DNA from: Bacteroidota bacterium | Lineage (GTDB): Bacteria > Bacteroidota > Bacteroidia > JADZBD01 | DNA: 64,000 nt | Assembly: GCA_040756415.1 (NCBI GenBank) | Contig: JBFLYZ010000008.1 | Location: 13,793-77,792 of the forward strand | Direction: 5' to 3' | In this document: positions 26,791-35,357 of the stretch, in pieces | Layout of the letters: the number at the start of each line of letters is the position of its first letter | How positions within the stretch are numbered: the stretch's first letter is position 1 | Notes under the pieces: model-generated | The model's input: only the letters and a program-made list of their open reading frames with translations | The model's database searches: none | Told to the model about the DNA's origin: nothing | Made by a program: the position numbers and the translations under genes

Positions 26791-29124
26791 ATGCGTACGA
26801 CCCTTATATTCCTTTTTTTTGCCTTTGCCTGCACCGCATTTTCACAGAACACCGTGGTGATCGGACGCGTTACCGATGCTCAGGGCGAAGGGATATCCGG
26901 AGCGCTGGTGAAGCCGGACAGCGGGCAGGCCGCGATCACTGACCTCCAGGGCGGATATGAGCTGAAGCTCTGGCCGGGGAAATACATCGTTACCATTTCT
27001 TCGCTGGGGTATAAGCCCGCGAGCTTTCCTCTTACGGTGGGGGATTCAACACCTGTCCTTATGAAGGTGATACGCCTTGAAGAAGAGGTGACCGAGATCG
27101 GCACCGTAGTGGTCACGGCCGGCAAGTTCGAGCAGAAGATAGAGGAGGTGACCATCAGCATGGAAGTGATCAAGCCCAGGCTGGTGGAGAGCAAGAACAC
27201 GATGAACATGGAGCACCTGGTCGACCAGGTGCCCGGTGTAAGCATGATGGACGGGCAGATCAACATACGCTGCGGCAGCGGGTTCAGCTATGGCGCTGGC
27301 AGCCGGGTGCTTTTGCTGGTTGACGATCTGCCCATGCTCAGCGCTGACGCGGGCGATGTAAAATGGAATTTCATCGCCATCGAGAACATCGAGCAGATCG
27401 AAGTGATCAAGGGGGCCTCTTCCGCGCTCTTCGGATCGTCCGCGCTGAATGGGGTAGTGAACGTGCGCACGGCTTACCCGCGCGATGAGCCCCAGACCAC
27501 TATCAATATCTCATCGGGCATGTACGGCAAGCCCGGGAGAAAAGATCTGGCCTGGTGGGACAAGCGCAATCCCGTTTTCACCAATGCCAGCCTGCTGCAT
27601 TCACGCAAGATCGGCAACCTCGACCTGGTGGTAGGCGGTAACGTGTTCTCGGATGAAGGGTACCGTTTTTTGGAAAAAGAGCAGCGCTACCGATTCAACT
27701 ACAACCTGCGCTACCGCTCCAGGAAGATCGAAGGGCTTTCTTTCGGGGTGAACGGTAATTACATGAAGGTGGAGGGCGGCCTGTTCATCCTCTGGCATAA
27801 TGCGGATTCGGCATATTACCCGCAGGGGCTCACGATTCAGAACTACAGCAACAGCCGTGTGACCATCGATCCCTTCGTGACGTATTTTGACGGCAAAGGC
27901 AACCGCCATTCGCTTCGTACGCGTTATTACCAGACCAGGAACACGAACGATACCCAGCAGGAATCCACGGCCGACCTTTATTACGGGGAGTACCAGTATC
28001 AAAAACGATTTGAAAAGGAGCTTACGCTTACCTCGGGGCTGGCCTTCACGTATTCGGAAGTGAGCAGCGATTCGCTTTATGGCGATCATTTCAGTTCCAA
28101 CCTGGGTATTTTCGTGCAGGCGGATAAGAAGTGGAAAAAGTTCACTTTTTCTTTTGGCGGCCGCGCGGAGTACTTCAAGGTGGATACAGCGGAAACGCGG
28201 TTCAATATACCGCTGGGGAAGGATACATTGCAGTCGCCACTCTACCCGGTCTTCCGCACAGGGGTGAACTACCAGTTGCTGAAATACACCTTCCTTCGGG
28301 CCTCTTTCGGGCAGGGCTACCGTTTTCCGGCCATTGCGGAGAAGTACATTAAAACGAAAGTAAGCGGCCTCACCATCCTTCCCAACCCATCCGTACAGCC
28401 GGAGACCGGATGGAGCACGGAGCTGGGCCTCAAGCAGGCCGTTAAAATAAAAGAATGGAAGGGCTACATCGATGTGTCGGCCTTCTGGATGGAGTACCGC
28501 AACATGATCGAGTTCAACTTCGATTATTATTTTCCTGAGTGGCTCACCAATCCCACCTTTGTGGATTACCTGGTCTATTTCGGGGCCAAGTCCATCAACC
28601 TGGGCCGCACGCGTATCACCGGGGCCGAGCTTACCGTAGCCGGATCGGGAAAGATAGGGCCGGTGGAGATGAACATACTGGCCGGCTATACTTACACCAA
28701 GCCCATTAACCTGAACCGCGACAGCGCTTATGTGGAAACCGGCACAGACGATTCGACCGGCATATTGAAATACCGCTACCGGCACAATACCAAGTTCGAT
28801 GTGGAGTTCGGGTATAAAAAGGTGTCGCTGGGCTTCAGCCTTCGCTATAACAGCTTTATGGAGAACATCGACAAGCGTTTCGTGGAAACGCTCATGTACG
28901 ACCAGAACACTTATCCTTTATATATACTGCCCGGCCTGAAGGACTACCGCAGGGAGCATAATAAGGGCGACCTGGTCATGGACGGGCGTATGGCCGTGCA
29001 GGTGAGCAAGGAGGCCAGGCTCTCGCTGATCTGCAACAATCTGCTCAATGCCGAATATTCCAGCCGCCCGGGCGATGTGCAGCCCCCGCGTAATTTCTCC
29101 TTACAGGTGCTGGTGAAGTTCTAG
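26791..29124 (+). CDS. TonB-dependent outer-membrane receptor with N-terminal carboxypeptidase-regulatory-like domain
   Basis: Signal peptide. CarbopepD-reg-like beta-sandwich. Plug (…VVVTAGKFEQKIEEVTISMEVI…). C-terminal beta-barrel ending in an aromatic residue (…LQVLVKF). Confidence 0.85.
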   Translation: MRTTLIFLFFAFACTAFSQNTVVIGRVTDAQGEGISGALVKPDSGQAAITDLQGGYELKLWPGKYIVTISSLGYKPASFPLTVGDSTPVLMKVIRLEEEVTEIGTVVVTAGKFEQKIEEVTISMEVIKPRLVESKNTMNMEHLVDQVPGVSMMDGQINIRCGSGFSYGAGSRVLLLVDDLPMLSADAGDVKWNFIAIENIEQIEVIKGASSALFGSSALNGVVNVRTAYPRDEPQTTINISSGMYGKPGRKDLAWWDKRNPVFTNASLLHSRKIGNLDLVVGGNVFSDEGYRFLEKEQRYRFNYNLRYRSRKIEGLSFGVNGNYMKVEGGLFILWHNADSAYYPQGLTIQNYSNSRVTIDPFVTYFDGKGNRHSLRTRYYQTRNTNDTQQESTADLYYGEYQYQKRFEKELTLTSGLAFTYSEVSSDSLYGDHFSSNLGIFVQADKKWKKFTFSFGGRAEYFKVDTAETRFNIPLGKDTLQSPLYPVFRTGVNYQLLKYTFLRASFGQGYRFPAIAEKYIKTKVSGLTILPNPSVQPETGWSTELGLKQAVKIKEWKGYIDVSAFWMEYRNMIEFNFDYYFPEWLTNPTFVDYLVYFGAKSINLGRTRITGAELTVAGSGKIGPVEMNILAGYTYTKPINLNRDSAYVETGTDDSTGILKYRYRHNTKFDVEFGYKKVSLGFSLRYNSFMENIDKRFVETLMYDQNTYPLYILPGLKDYRREHNKGDLVMDGRMAVQVSKEARLSLICNNLLNAEYSSRPGDVQPPRNFSLQVLVKF

Positions 29125-29147
29125 CTTCTCTGTAAGGGAAATGCTTT

Positions 29148-30152
29148 CTAATTCGTTTCAACTGCTGAATAAAATTCCACGATCTCCTCAAAGGTCTGCA
29201 GGATCTCTTCTTTGGAATCGCTCAGCACGAGCCTGCTCCTGAAATTTCTGAAATCAGGCAGCCCCCGGAAATAGTTGGCATAATGCGTGCGCGTTTCGAT
29301 GATGCCCAGGCGCTCGCCCTTCCATTCCATAGCCTTTTGCAGGTGGGTGCGGCAGGTGTTTACGCGGTCTTCAACGCTGGGCTGGGGCAGGTGAGCGCCA
29401 TGCTGCATGAAGTGTTTGATCTGTTCGAATATCCAGGGGTTGCCGATGGATGCGCGGCCTATCATCACCCCATCCACGCCATAGCGGGCCTTCATCTCTA
29501 AAGCCTTTTCAGGCGTGTTCACGTCACCGTTGCCGAAAACGGGGATCTTCATGCGCGGGTTGTTCTTAATTTCACCGATCAGCGTCCAGTCGGCCGGGCC
29601 TTTGTACATCTGCGAACGGGTGCGGCCGTGCACGGAGATGGCCTGTATGCCTATATCCTGCAGCCGTTCCGCCACCTCCACCACATTCTTCGTTTTATCG
29701 TCCCATCCCAGGCGGGTCTTCACCGTAACCGGCAGCTTCACCGCGTTCACCACTTCTTTGGTCATAGCCACCATCTTGGGGATGTCCTGAAGCAGGGCCG
29801 CCCCCGCTCCTCTGCAGGCTACGGCTTTCACCGGGCAGCCGTAATTAATGTCGATCAGGTCGGGTCCGGCCTTTTCGGAAATGAGGGCCGCCTCGCGCAT
29901 GCTGTCCACATTGCCGCCAAACAGTTGAATGCCGATGGGCCGCTCGTAGTCGAACACATCCAGCTTCTTCATGCTCTTGGCCGCATCGCGGATAAGCCCT
30001 TCGGAAGAAATGAACTCGGTATACATCAGGTCGGCTCCCTTCTGCTTGCACACAAAACGGAAGGGCGGATCGCTCACGTCCTCCATGGGAGCGAGTAATA
30101 AAGGGAATTCTCCCAATTCTATTTTTCCTATTCTGACCATTCCTCCGTGCAC
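29148..30152 (-). CDS. dusB: tRNA-dihydrouridine synthase
   Basis: Dus-family TIM barrel (…LLAPMEDVSDPPFR…, …DINYGCPV…, …VSVHGRTR…). Confidence 0.85.
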   Translation of the reverse strand: MHGGMVRIGKIELGEFPLLLAPMEDVSDPPFRFVCKQKGADLMYTEFISSEGLIRDAAKSMKKLDVFDYERPIGIQLFGGNVDSMREAALISEKAGPDLIDINYGCPVKAVACRGAGAALLQDIPKMVAMTKEVVNAVKLPVTVKTRLGWDDKTKNVVEVAERLQDIGIQAISVHGRTRSQMYKGPADWTLIGEIKNNPRMKIPVFGNGDVNTPEKALEMKARYGVDGVMIGRASIGNPWIFEQIKHFMQHGAHLPQPSVEDRVNTCRTHLQKAMEWKGERLGIIETRTHYANYFRGLPDFRNFRSRLVLSDSKEEILQTFEEIVEFYSAVETN

Positions 30153-30187
30153 CCTCCGTGTTCTCTATGCCCTCCGCGGTAAATTTT

Positions 30188-30267
30188 TTACTACAGACTA
30201 CACACCCGCCTGCCGTCAGGCGGGGAGGTACATAGAGAAGTTCTTTTTTATCTTTACAAAGATAATC
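30188..30267. promoter_or_regulatory. Divergent promoter region for dusB and the CPBP gene: CTACAGACTACACAC element, perfect 8-bp inverted repeat, and palindromic -7 box
   Basis: CTACAGACTACACAC at 30191-30205. Hairpin CCCGCCTG-ccgt-CAGGCGGG at 30205-30224. TATCTTT-AC-AAAGATA at 30247-30262, which reads as a TATCTTTG/TATCTTTA box on both strands. Confidence 0.5.
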
Positions 30268-30279
30268 AATCAGCTCCGA

Positions 30280-31167
30280 ATGGTCCGCGACCTCCACCCC
30301 TGGCTTAAAGTGATCATATTGGTCGGCTACCTGGCCGGGCTGGGCCTGCTTACCATCATGGGCTCGGATGCGGAGCTGAACATGGCCTTCACGCCCGGCT
30401 ACATTCTTGTGCTCAAGATATTGCAGGTGATTGGCGTGGTTCTTCTCTTCATTATGCCTTCCCTGCTTTTTTCTTACCTGTTCACCGCGCATAAGCTGAA
30501 ATACCCGCAGTTTCATGTGCCGCCCCGGCTCAGCCAGTTCATACTGGGCGCCATCGCTTTTCTGGCCGCATTGCCTTTCATTGCCTGGATGGATGAGCTG
30601 AACAAGAGCATGACGCTGCCCGAAGCGTTGGCAGGCGTAGAAGGCTGGATGCGCAAAAGCGAGGAATCGCTCAAGCAGGTAACCGAAGCCTTCCTGGCCG
30701 ACACATCGGCAGGCGGCATGATACTTAACCTCTTCGTGATCGCTTTTATGGCTGCCGTCAGCGAGGAGCTCTTTTTCCGGGGCGTATTGCAGAAGGCTTT
30801 TACGGAAGCCACCCGCAACATTCATATAGCCGTATGGGTCTCGGCCATACTTTTCAGCGCCTTTCACATGCAGTTCTTCGGTTTCTTCCCCCGCATGATC
30901 ATGGGTGTGGCCCTGGGCTATCTCTTCGCCTGGAGCGGCTCGCTCTGGGTGCCTGTATTCGCGCACTTCGTGAATAATGGCACTGCCGTGGTCTTATCCT
31001 GGATGGTGAACAATAAGATGATAGCCGAGGACCCCTCCGTGCTGGCCGATGGGGAGAGCGGGTTTTTGCCGGGGATGGCCAGCCTGGCGGTAACGATAGC
31101 ATTGATGTTGCTGGTCTACAAGCTTCGCCCCCAACCAGCCGATATTGACGTTGGGACTAAGTTGTAA
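30280..31167 (+). CDS. CPBP-family intramembrane metalloprotease (CAAX protease-like)
   Basis: ORF 29971..31167. Start taken at MVRDLHPWLK (30280), after a TATCTTTA box. Motifs EELFFRG, FSAFHMQF and AHFVNN are present, corresponding to CPBP motifs 1-3. Confidence 0.8.
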   Translation: MVRDLHPWLKVIILVGYLAGLGLLTIMGSDAELNMAFTPGYILVLKILQVIGVVLLFIMPSLLFSYLFTAHKLKYPQFHVPPRLSQFILGAIAFLAALPFIAWMDELNKSMTLPEALAGVEGWMRKSEESLKQVTEAFLADTSAGGMILNLFVIAFMAAVSEELFFRGVLQKAFTEATRNIHIAVWVSAILFSAFHMQFFGFFPRMIMGVALGYLFAWSGSLWVPVFAHFVNNGTAVVLSWMVNNKMIAEDPSVLADGESGFLPGMASLAVTIALMLLVYKLRPQPADIDVGTKL

Positions 31168-31281
31168 TGGCATGGGCTTACCTGCCTGCTCACAGCCAAA
31201 TTCGTTTTGGCTTCCCAAGAACCTCCAATTTTGACTTGGCGGCCAGGTCTTTTTTTCCGAGGATAGTTAAGATGAGGCGAT

Positions 31282-32601
31282 TCAGCGTTTCGTTAGCCTG
31301 TCGAGGCTGCGCTGTATGTATTTCTCCGTGGGCAGCAGGGATTGCTGTATCCGCCTGGCGTAATGTATGCTGTCGGTAATGGCCTCGTTCTTGGCCTCTA
31401 TGATCTGCTTTTGCAGGAGGATCTCCGCATTGGCCCTCTTCTTCTGCTGTAATCCGCGGTAAATGAAAAAGGCCAGCGCCAGCATGGATAAGGCTACAAA
31501 ACTGACGGAGTAGATGACCGCTTGCTGGCGCCTGCCGCTCAGCTCCTCGATTTCCAGGTTCTTTTTCAGCAGCTCGTTCTCCTTATCCTTCTTTTCCGTG
31601 TCGAAGCGGGTCTGCATCATGGCAATGTTCTCGTTGGCGTGCAGATCGTACAGGGTGTCTTTCAGGTCGAGGGCCAGTTTGCCATACCTGCTCGCCTTTT
31701 CGTAGTCCTTAAGTCCGCGGTAACCGTTGAACAGGTAGCTGTAGCACGACAGTATCTGATCCTTATCGCCAATGTTTTGAGCGATCTCCAGCGAGCGAAG
31801 GGCGTTCTTTACCGTTTCATGGTAATTGCCCAGGATATCAAATGTGTTGGCGATATTACCCAAACACAGGGCCATGCCGGAGCTGTCAGCAAGCTCTACA
31901 GCCACCGCCAGCGCTTCCCGGTAATGGGCCAGGGCCTTGTCAAACTGCTTCAGCTCAAAATAAGCGCTGCCTACATTATTGATCATATTCACCAGGTGCG
32001 GTTTCTCTCCCGTTTGCCGGTACAGCGCAAGGGCCGACTGGTAATGTTCCAGCGCTTTCTCATAATCGCCTTCACCGTAATACACTCCCGCCAGGTTGTT
32101 CAGGTCTGCCGAGAGCATGTGCTGGCTGCCCAGCTTCTCCGACATGGCCATGGATTGCAGGTAGTACTTTTTAGCCAGGGGATAATTTCTCAGCTCCCTG
32201 TAAATCATGCCAAGACGGGCGCAAACCGAGCTGATGCGTTTAGGATCGCCCACCTTTTCATGAAAGGAGTAGGATTTCAGGTAATTCTCAAGCGCCATAT
32301 CCTTCTGGAACCTTTCCTCGTAATACTTTCCCAGGTGATAATAGGTCCTTCCGGAAAGCAGATCATCAGGTGACTTATCCAGCACCGCCAGGGCTTCCTG
32401 CAAATATTCCAGAAGGGAATCCGGGATCATACCTGTTTTGTCGATCTCCGCGGCCAGGTCGTTCAGGGTTTTGATCCTGTCTTTGCCATTTGCCTGGCTC
32501 AAGGCAGCCGAAAGGGAATCGATGCGGGGGCTGTTTTGGGCAAAGCAGGTCAGGGAGAATGCCGAGAAGGCGAGAATAAGCAGGTGTGTGAAGGGCTTCA
32601 T
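31282..32601 (-). CDS. TPR-repeat protein with signal peptide, single TM helix and short tail. This is a truncated paralog of the TPR/SpoIIE phosphatase at 47698..49851 and lacks the PP2C domain.
   Basis: Signal peptide and about 8 TPR repeats. TM AVIYSVSFVALSMLALAFFIY. The tail …ITDSIHYARRIQQSLLP… aligns with …ITDSIRYAKRIQDAILP… of the full-length paralog, but the ORF stops 20 aa later, 115 nt before the neighbouring gene. Confidence 0.7.
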   Translation of the reverse strand: MKPFTHLLILAFSAFSLTCFAQNSPRIDSLSAALSQANGKDRIKTLNDLAAEIDKTGMIPDSLLEYLQEALAVLDKSPDDLLSGRTYYHLGKYYEERFQKDMALENYLKSYSFHEKVGDPKRISSVCARLGMIYRELRNYPLAKKYYLQSMAMSEKLGSQHMLSADLNNLAGVYYGEGDYEKALEHYQSALALYRQTGEKPHLVNMINNVGSAYFELKQFDKALAHYREALAVAVELADSSGMALCLGNIANTFDILGNYHETVKNALRSLEIAQNIGDKDQILSCYSYLFNGYRGLKDYEKASRYGKLALDLKDTLYDLHANENIAMMQTRFDTEKKDKENELLKKNLEIEELSGRRQQAVIYSVSFVALSMLALAFFIYRGLQQKKRANAEILLQKQIIEAKNEAITDSIHYARRIQQSLLPTEKYIQRSLDRLTKR

Positions 32602-32709
32602 ACGCGTGACAATAACCGCAAATTAAACAATATATCCTGTAGATGCTGGCGAAATTGACCGGAAGTTTTGTTGTGGTAGCGGTAACAAAAAAGATCGTGA
32701 AGCAGCAGG

Positions 32710-33822
32710 CTATTGCTGCAGCAGATCCATCCCGCAAACCTTGCATTTGCCCGGGCCATCGCTGCCTCCCCCGGGGCATTTCATGGGGCATTGCCAGGCT
32801 TCTCCCGGTACCGGATCGCAATCCGGGTTCTTTTTGCTGAAGAAGCGGTAGGAAAGACCAAAAACGTATTGAGTCCTGGTGGCTATCTGCGCGCCATTTA
32901 CATATTCATAGACGGGGACCTCGGTCAGCGCGAAAATGGTCAATGCGTTACGGCTGAAGCTGAGCTGGGGCGAAAAGCTGATCCTCTTGCTGCCGGTGGA
33001 GGCGGTATCCACATTATAAAAGGCCTGAAGGTCCATGTTCTCGGCCGCCTTCATCTTGCCCGTTTGCTCGGCCCTGAGCTGCAGGGTGAGCCCTAAGCTG
33101 CCAAAGCTCCTGCTGCCGAACAGGCTGAGCGCGCCATAGTCGCCAAATTTCTCCCCTAAAGGATTCCATCCCTTTCGTATGTACATCAGGCTGCTGAACA
33201 GCTTCAGCTTGTGCTTGGGGAAACCCCTCAGAAAGAAAGCGTAGGCGATCAGGTCCTGCGAGCCCGTGGTGGGCTGCACGATGGGCGGAGAAATGGTGTA
33301 GTACTGCTGCCCGCTGTTGGGATCAGTATAGACCAGGGTGGAGTCCTTGTATTTTCCCAGCGGGATCTTGTATCCCAGGCCCAGCGTCAGCTCCACCTGC
33401 CGGGATGAATCGCTGCGGGTAAAGACGTTATAACGCGGGAAAATAATAAGGTCTGCGATACCGGAAGATTCGATCACATCCGAGCGGAGCAACACCGAAT
33501 CGTACAGGCCTACCTGTGTTTTGTTCAGGTAGTAGCCCATCTCGACCGATAAGGTAAAATTCTTCGTAATGCCGTATCCCAGCCTGGAGTAAATATAATT
33601 GCTCTTGAAATGATCGAAGAGCTGCGCGGTATCGCGATCCTGTACCTTAAAACGGTCGCTGCGCAGGTATTGAAGGCTGGAGGCCAGCTCCATCTGCCCG
33701 GCCGGCAGAACGCCTTGCGAAGCCCCTCCGGTGATCGGGCTTCCGCTGCCGCCCGAGCAGCAGCCTTGCCCGCGGACCTGGGCGGCCGCTATCAGCGCAA
33801 GCAGGAAAAAGAAGGCGCGCAT
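32710..33822 (-). CDS. Outer-membrane beta-barrel protein with C-terminal heavy-metal-binding domain
   Basis: Signal peptide MRAFFFLLALIAAAQVRGQ. CC motif near the mature N-terminus. Alternating hydrophobic beta-strands. C-terminal CPMKCPGGGSDGPGKCKVCGMDL resembles the HMBD/YHYH-type motif found at the N-termini of CusB/CzcB proteins. Confidence 0.65.
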   Translation of the reverse strand: MRAFFFLLALIAAAQVRGQGCCSGGSGSPITGGASQGVLPAGQMELASSLQYLRSDRFKVQDRDTAQLFDHFKSNYIYSRLGYGITKNFTLSVEMGYYLNKTQVGLYDSVLLRSDVIESSGIADLIIFPRYNVFTRSDSSRQVELTLGLGYKIPLGKYKDSTLVYTDPNSGQQYYTISPPIVQPTTGSQDLIAYAFFLRGFPKHKLKLFSSLMYIRKGWNPLGEKFGDYGALSLFGSRSFGSLGLTLQLRAEQTGKMKAAENMDLQAFYNVDTASTGSKRISFSPQLSFSRNALTIFALTEVPVYEYVNGAQIATRTQYVFGLSYRFFSKKNPDCDPVPGEAWQCPMKCPGGGSDGPGKCKVCGMDLLQQ

Positions 33823-33829
33823 GATGCGA

Positions 33830-34600
33830 TCAGCGCGATACGGTGAGCTTAACGGTTTCCACCGCTTCGCCTGCGCGCAGCTTTATAAAATAGACACCGG
33901 GGCTGAGCGATGAAAGGTCGAGCGTATGCTCGTACTTGCCGGGCGCCTGCTCACCGATGATGGTATGGCTCACCTTTTCGCCCAGGATATTGATCAGCTC
34001 GAAGCTTACTTCAGACTGCCGGGTTAAGGTATAGCTAAGCGCGGCCACAGCGGCAGTGGCGGGATTCGGAAAAATGCCGGCTCCGGTTACGATCGCATTC
34101 GTTTCGGGGACACCCGTACAAGGGGTCAGGGCATTGTTGATGGCGGTTTGCAAAGCGTTTTGGGTAATGCTGCCGTTCACATTGAAGAATACGGTGTGGC
34201 AGGTTCCCCCTCCCAGCACTACGGTCTTGGGCATGCCGGCCGTTCCATAGTCGGTCATGTCGATGGCCGTGCTGGTGAACTTGGCCGTAGCGTTGATGCC
34301 GTTGGTGCTGGCCCAGCTGTTCAGCGAGGCGCAATTCGTATTACCGTAATCATCCACCAGGTAGAACACCACGTTGGGATTACCCATGCCGTTGACGGTG
34401 TTAGCGGCAGTTAGGGAGGGCGCAATGCAGGCCCCGCAGGGCATGACCCAGGTAATGACCACCACCTTGCCGGCATCCAGCTCGCTGAAGAGGGTATGCG
34501 GGTTGCCCGTACAGTCGTTCACGGTCCAGTTCGTTGCGGTTTGGGCGCTGAAATGGCCCGCAGCGGCAACAGTACACAAAAGGAGCAATATCTTTTTCAT
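33830..34600 (-). CDS. T9SS-secreted thioredoxin-fold (TlpA-like) protein
   Basis: Signal peptide. GKVVVITWVMPCGACI resembles a CxxC thioredoxin active site. C-terminal T9SS CTD (…GIFPNPATAAV…GVYFIKLRAGE…). Confidence 0.6.
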   Translation of the reverse strand: MKKILLLLCTVAAAGHFSAQTATNWTVNDCTGNPHTLFSELDAGKVVVITWVMPCGACIAPSLTAANTVNGMGNPNVVFYLVDDYGNTNCASLNSWASTNGINATAKFTSTAIDMTDYGTAGMPKTVVLGGGTCHTVFFNVNGSITQNALQTAINNALTPCTGVPETNAIVTGAGIFPNPATAAVAALSYTLTRQSEVSFELINILGEKVSHTIIGEQAPGKYEHTLDLSSLSPGVYFIKLRAGEAVETVKLTVSR

Positions 34601-34729
34601 AGTATTAAAGTGCTTGTAACAAAGTTAATTCAAAAAAGTCAAACCCAAATATGATTTTTCTCATATTGCCGGGCTTAAACGGGTCTTGCTCTTCGGCTTC
34701 ATTCTCACTCTGCCTTCGGTCGGTTCGGA

Positions 34730-34758
34730 GCTAAAAATCCCCCGCCCGCGGGCGGAGG
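34730..34758 (-). terminator. Terminator after tRNA-Ser
   Basis: CCGCCCGCGGGCGG palindrome, followed on the minus strand by GGGATTTTTAG. Confidence 0.6.
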
Positions 34759-34766
34759 ATCTGTTG

Positions 34767-34854
34767 CGGAGACTGAGAGATTCGAACTCTCGATACCCTT
34801 TTGGGGTATACACACTTTCCAGGCGTGCTCCTTAAACCACTCGGACAAGTCTCC
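34767..34854 (-). tRNA. tRNA-Ser (anticodon GGA)
   Basis: GGAGACTTGTCCGAGTGGTTTAAGGAGCACGCCTGGAAAGTGTGTATACCCCAAAAGGGTATCGAGAGTTCGAATCTCTCAGTCTCCG. 7-bp acceptor stem, long variable arm, GTTCGAATC T-loop, and CT-GGA-AA anticodon loop. Confidence 0.85.
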
Positions 34855-34964
34855 GGAAAAGGATTGCAAATTTAAAATTTTTTGGCGGGTAATTACAGAA
34901 AGAAATAGGTTCTTGACCGTATGGTTTTAATTCGGTAGATTCGCTTGATCCAAAAACCCTCGTC

Positions 34965-35357
34965 ATGCGTATCTTCAATATCGTTTTCGCATTGCTGTTT
35001 GTCATTTTCGCGGCCCTTCAGTACAACGATCCCGATCCCTGGCTGTGGATGCCCGTCTACCTGTATGGCGCCCTGCTCTGCTGGCTGGGTTTTAAAGGAA
35101 AATACTATCCGTTTCTGCTCTGGCCGGGACTGGGCGTATACACCGTTTATGCCGTTTACCTCTTCCTGGGCCGGGATGGTGTATGGGCCTGGCTCACCGA
35201 GCACCAGGCGGAGGATATTGCCGCCACCATGCAGGCCGACAAGCCCTGGATCGAGGCCAGCCGCGAGTTTCTCGGGCTGATGATACTGGACATCGCGCTG
35301 CTCGCCAATGTGGCCTGGTTCGCCAGGATGAATCGGGTGCTCACAACGGAAAAGTGA
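34965..35357 (+). CDS. Small integral membrane protein (4 TM)
   Basis: 130 aa, hydrophobic, Trp-rich (…PDPWLWMPVYLYGALLCWLGF…). Its stop overlaps the next start by 1 nt (TGATG). Confidence 0.5.
   Translation: MRIFNIVFALLFVIFAALQYNDPDPWLWMPVYLYGALLCWLGFKGKYYPFLLWPGLGVYTVYAVYLFLGRDGVWAWLTEHQAEDIAATMQADKPWIEASREFLGLMILDIALLANVAWFARMNRVLTTEK

Noticed and set aside
27601-28785. 394-aa minus-strand ORF inside the TonB-dependent receptor gene
   Set aside because: A shadow ORF. The receptor plug and barrel on the + strand are well supported.
30205-30224. 8-bp perfect hairpin as an intrinsic terminator
   Set aside because: It has no flanking U-run on either strand and sits in a divergent promoter region, so a regulatory or structural role is more likely than termination.
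29845-30966. 373-aa minus-strand ORF and the 5' extension (29971..30279) of the CPBP ORF
   Set aside because: They overlap dusB or are antisense to the CPBP gene. The CPBP start at 30280 follows a proper TATCTTTA box.
31168-31281. Possible frameshifted continuation of the truncated TPR gene into a PP2C domain
   Set aside because: Only 115 nt are available before the convergent CPBP gene. Translating all frames gives no PP2C-like sequence, so the missing domain is deleted rather than frameshifted.
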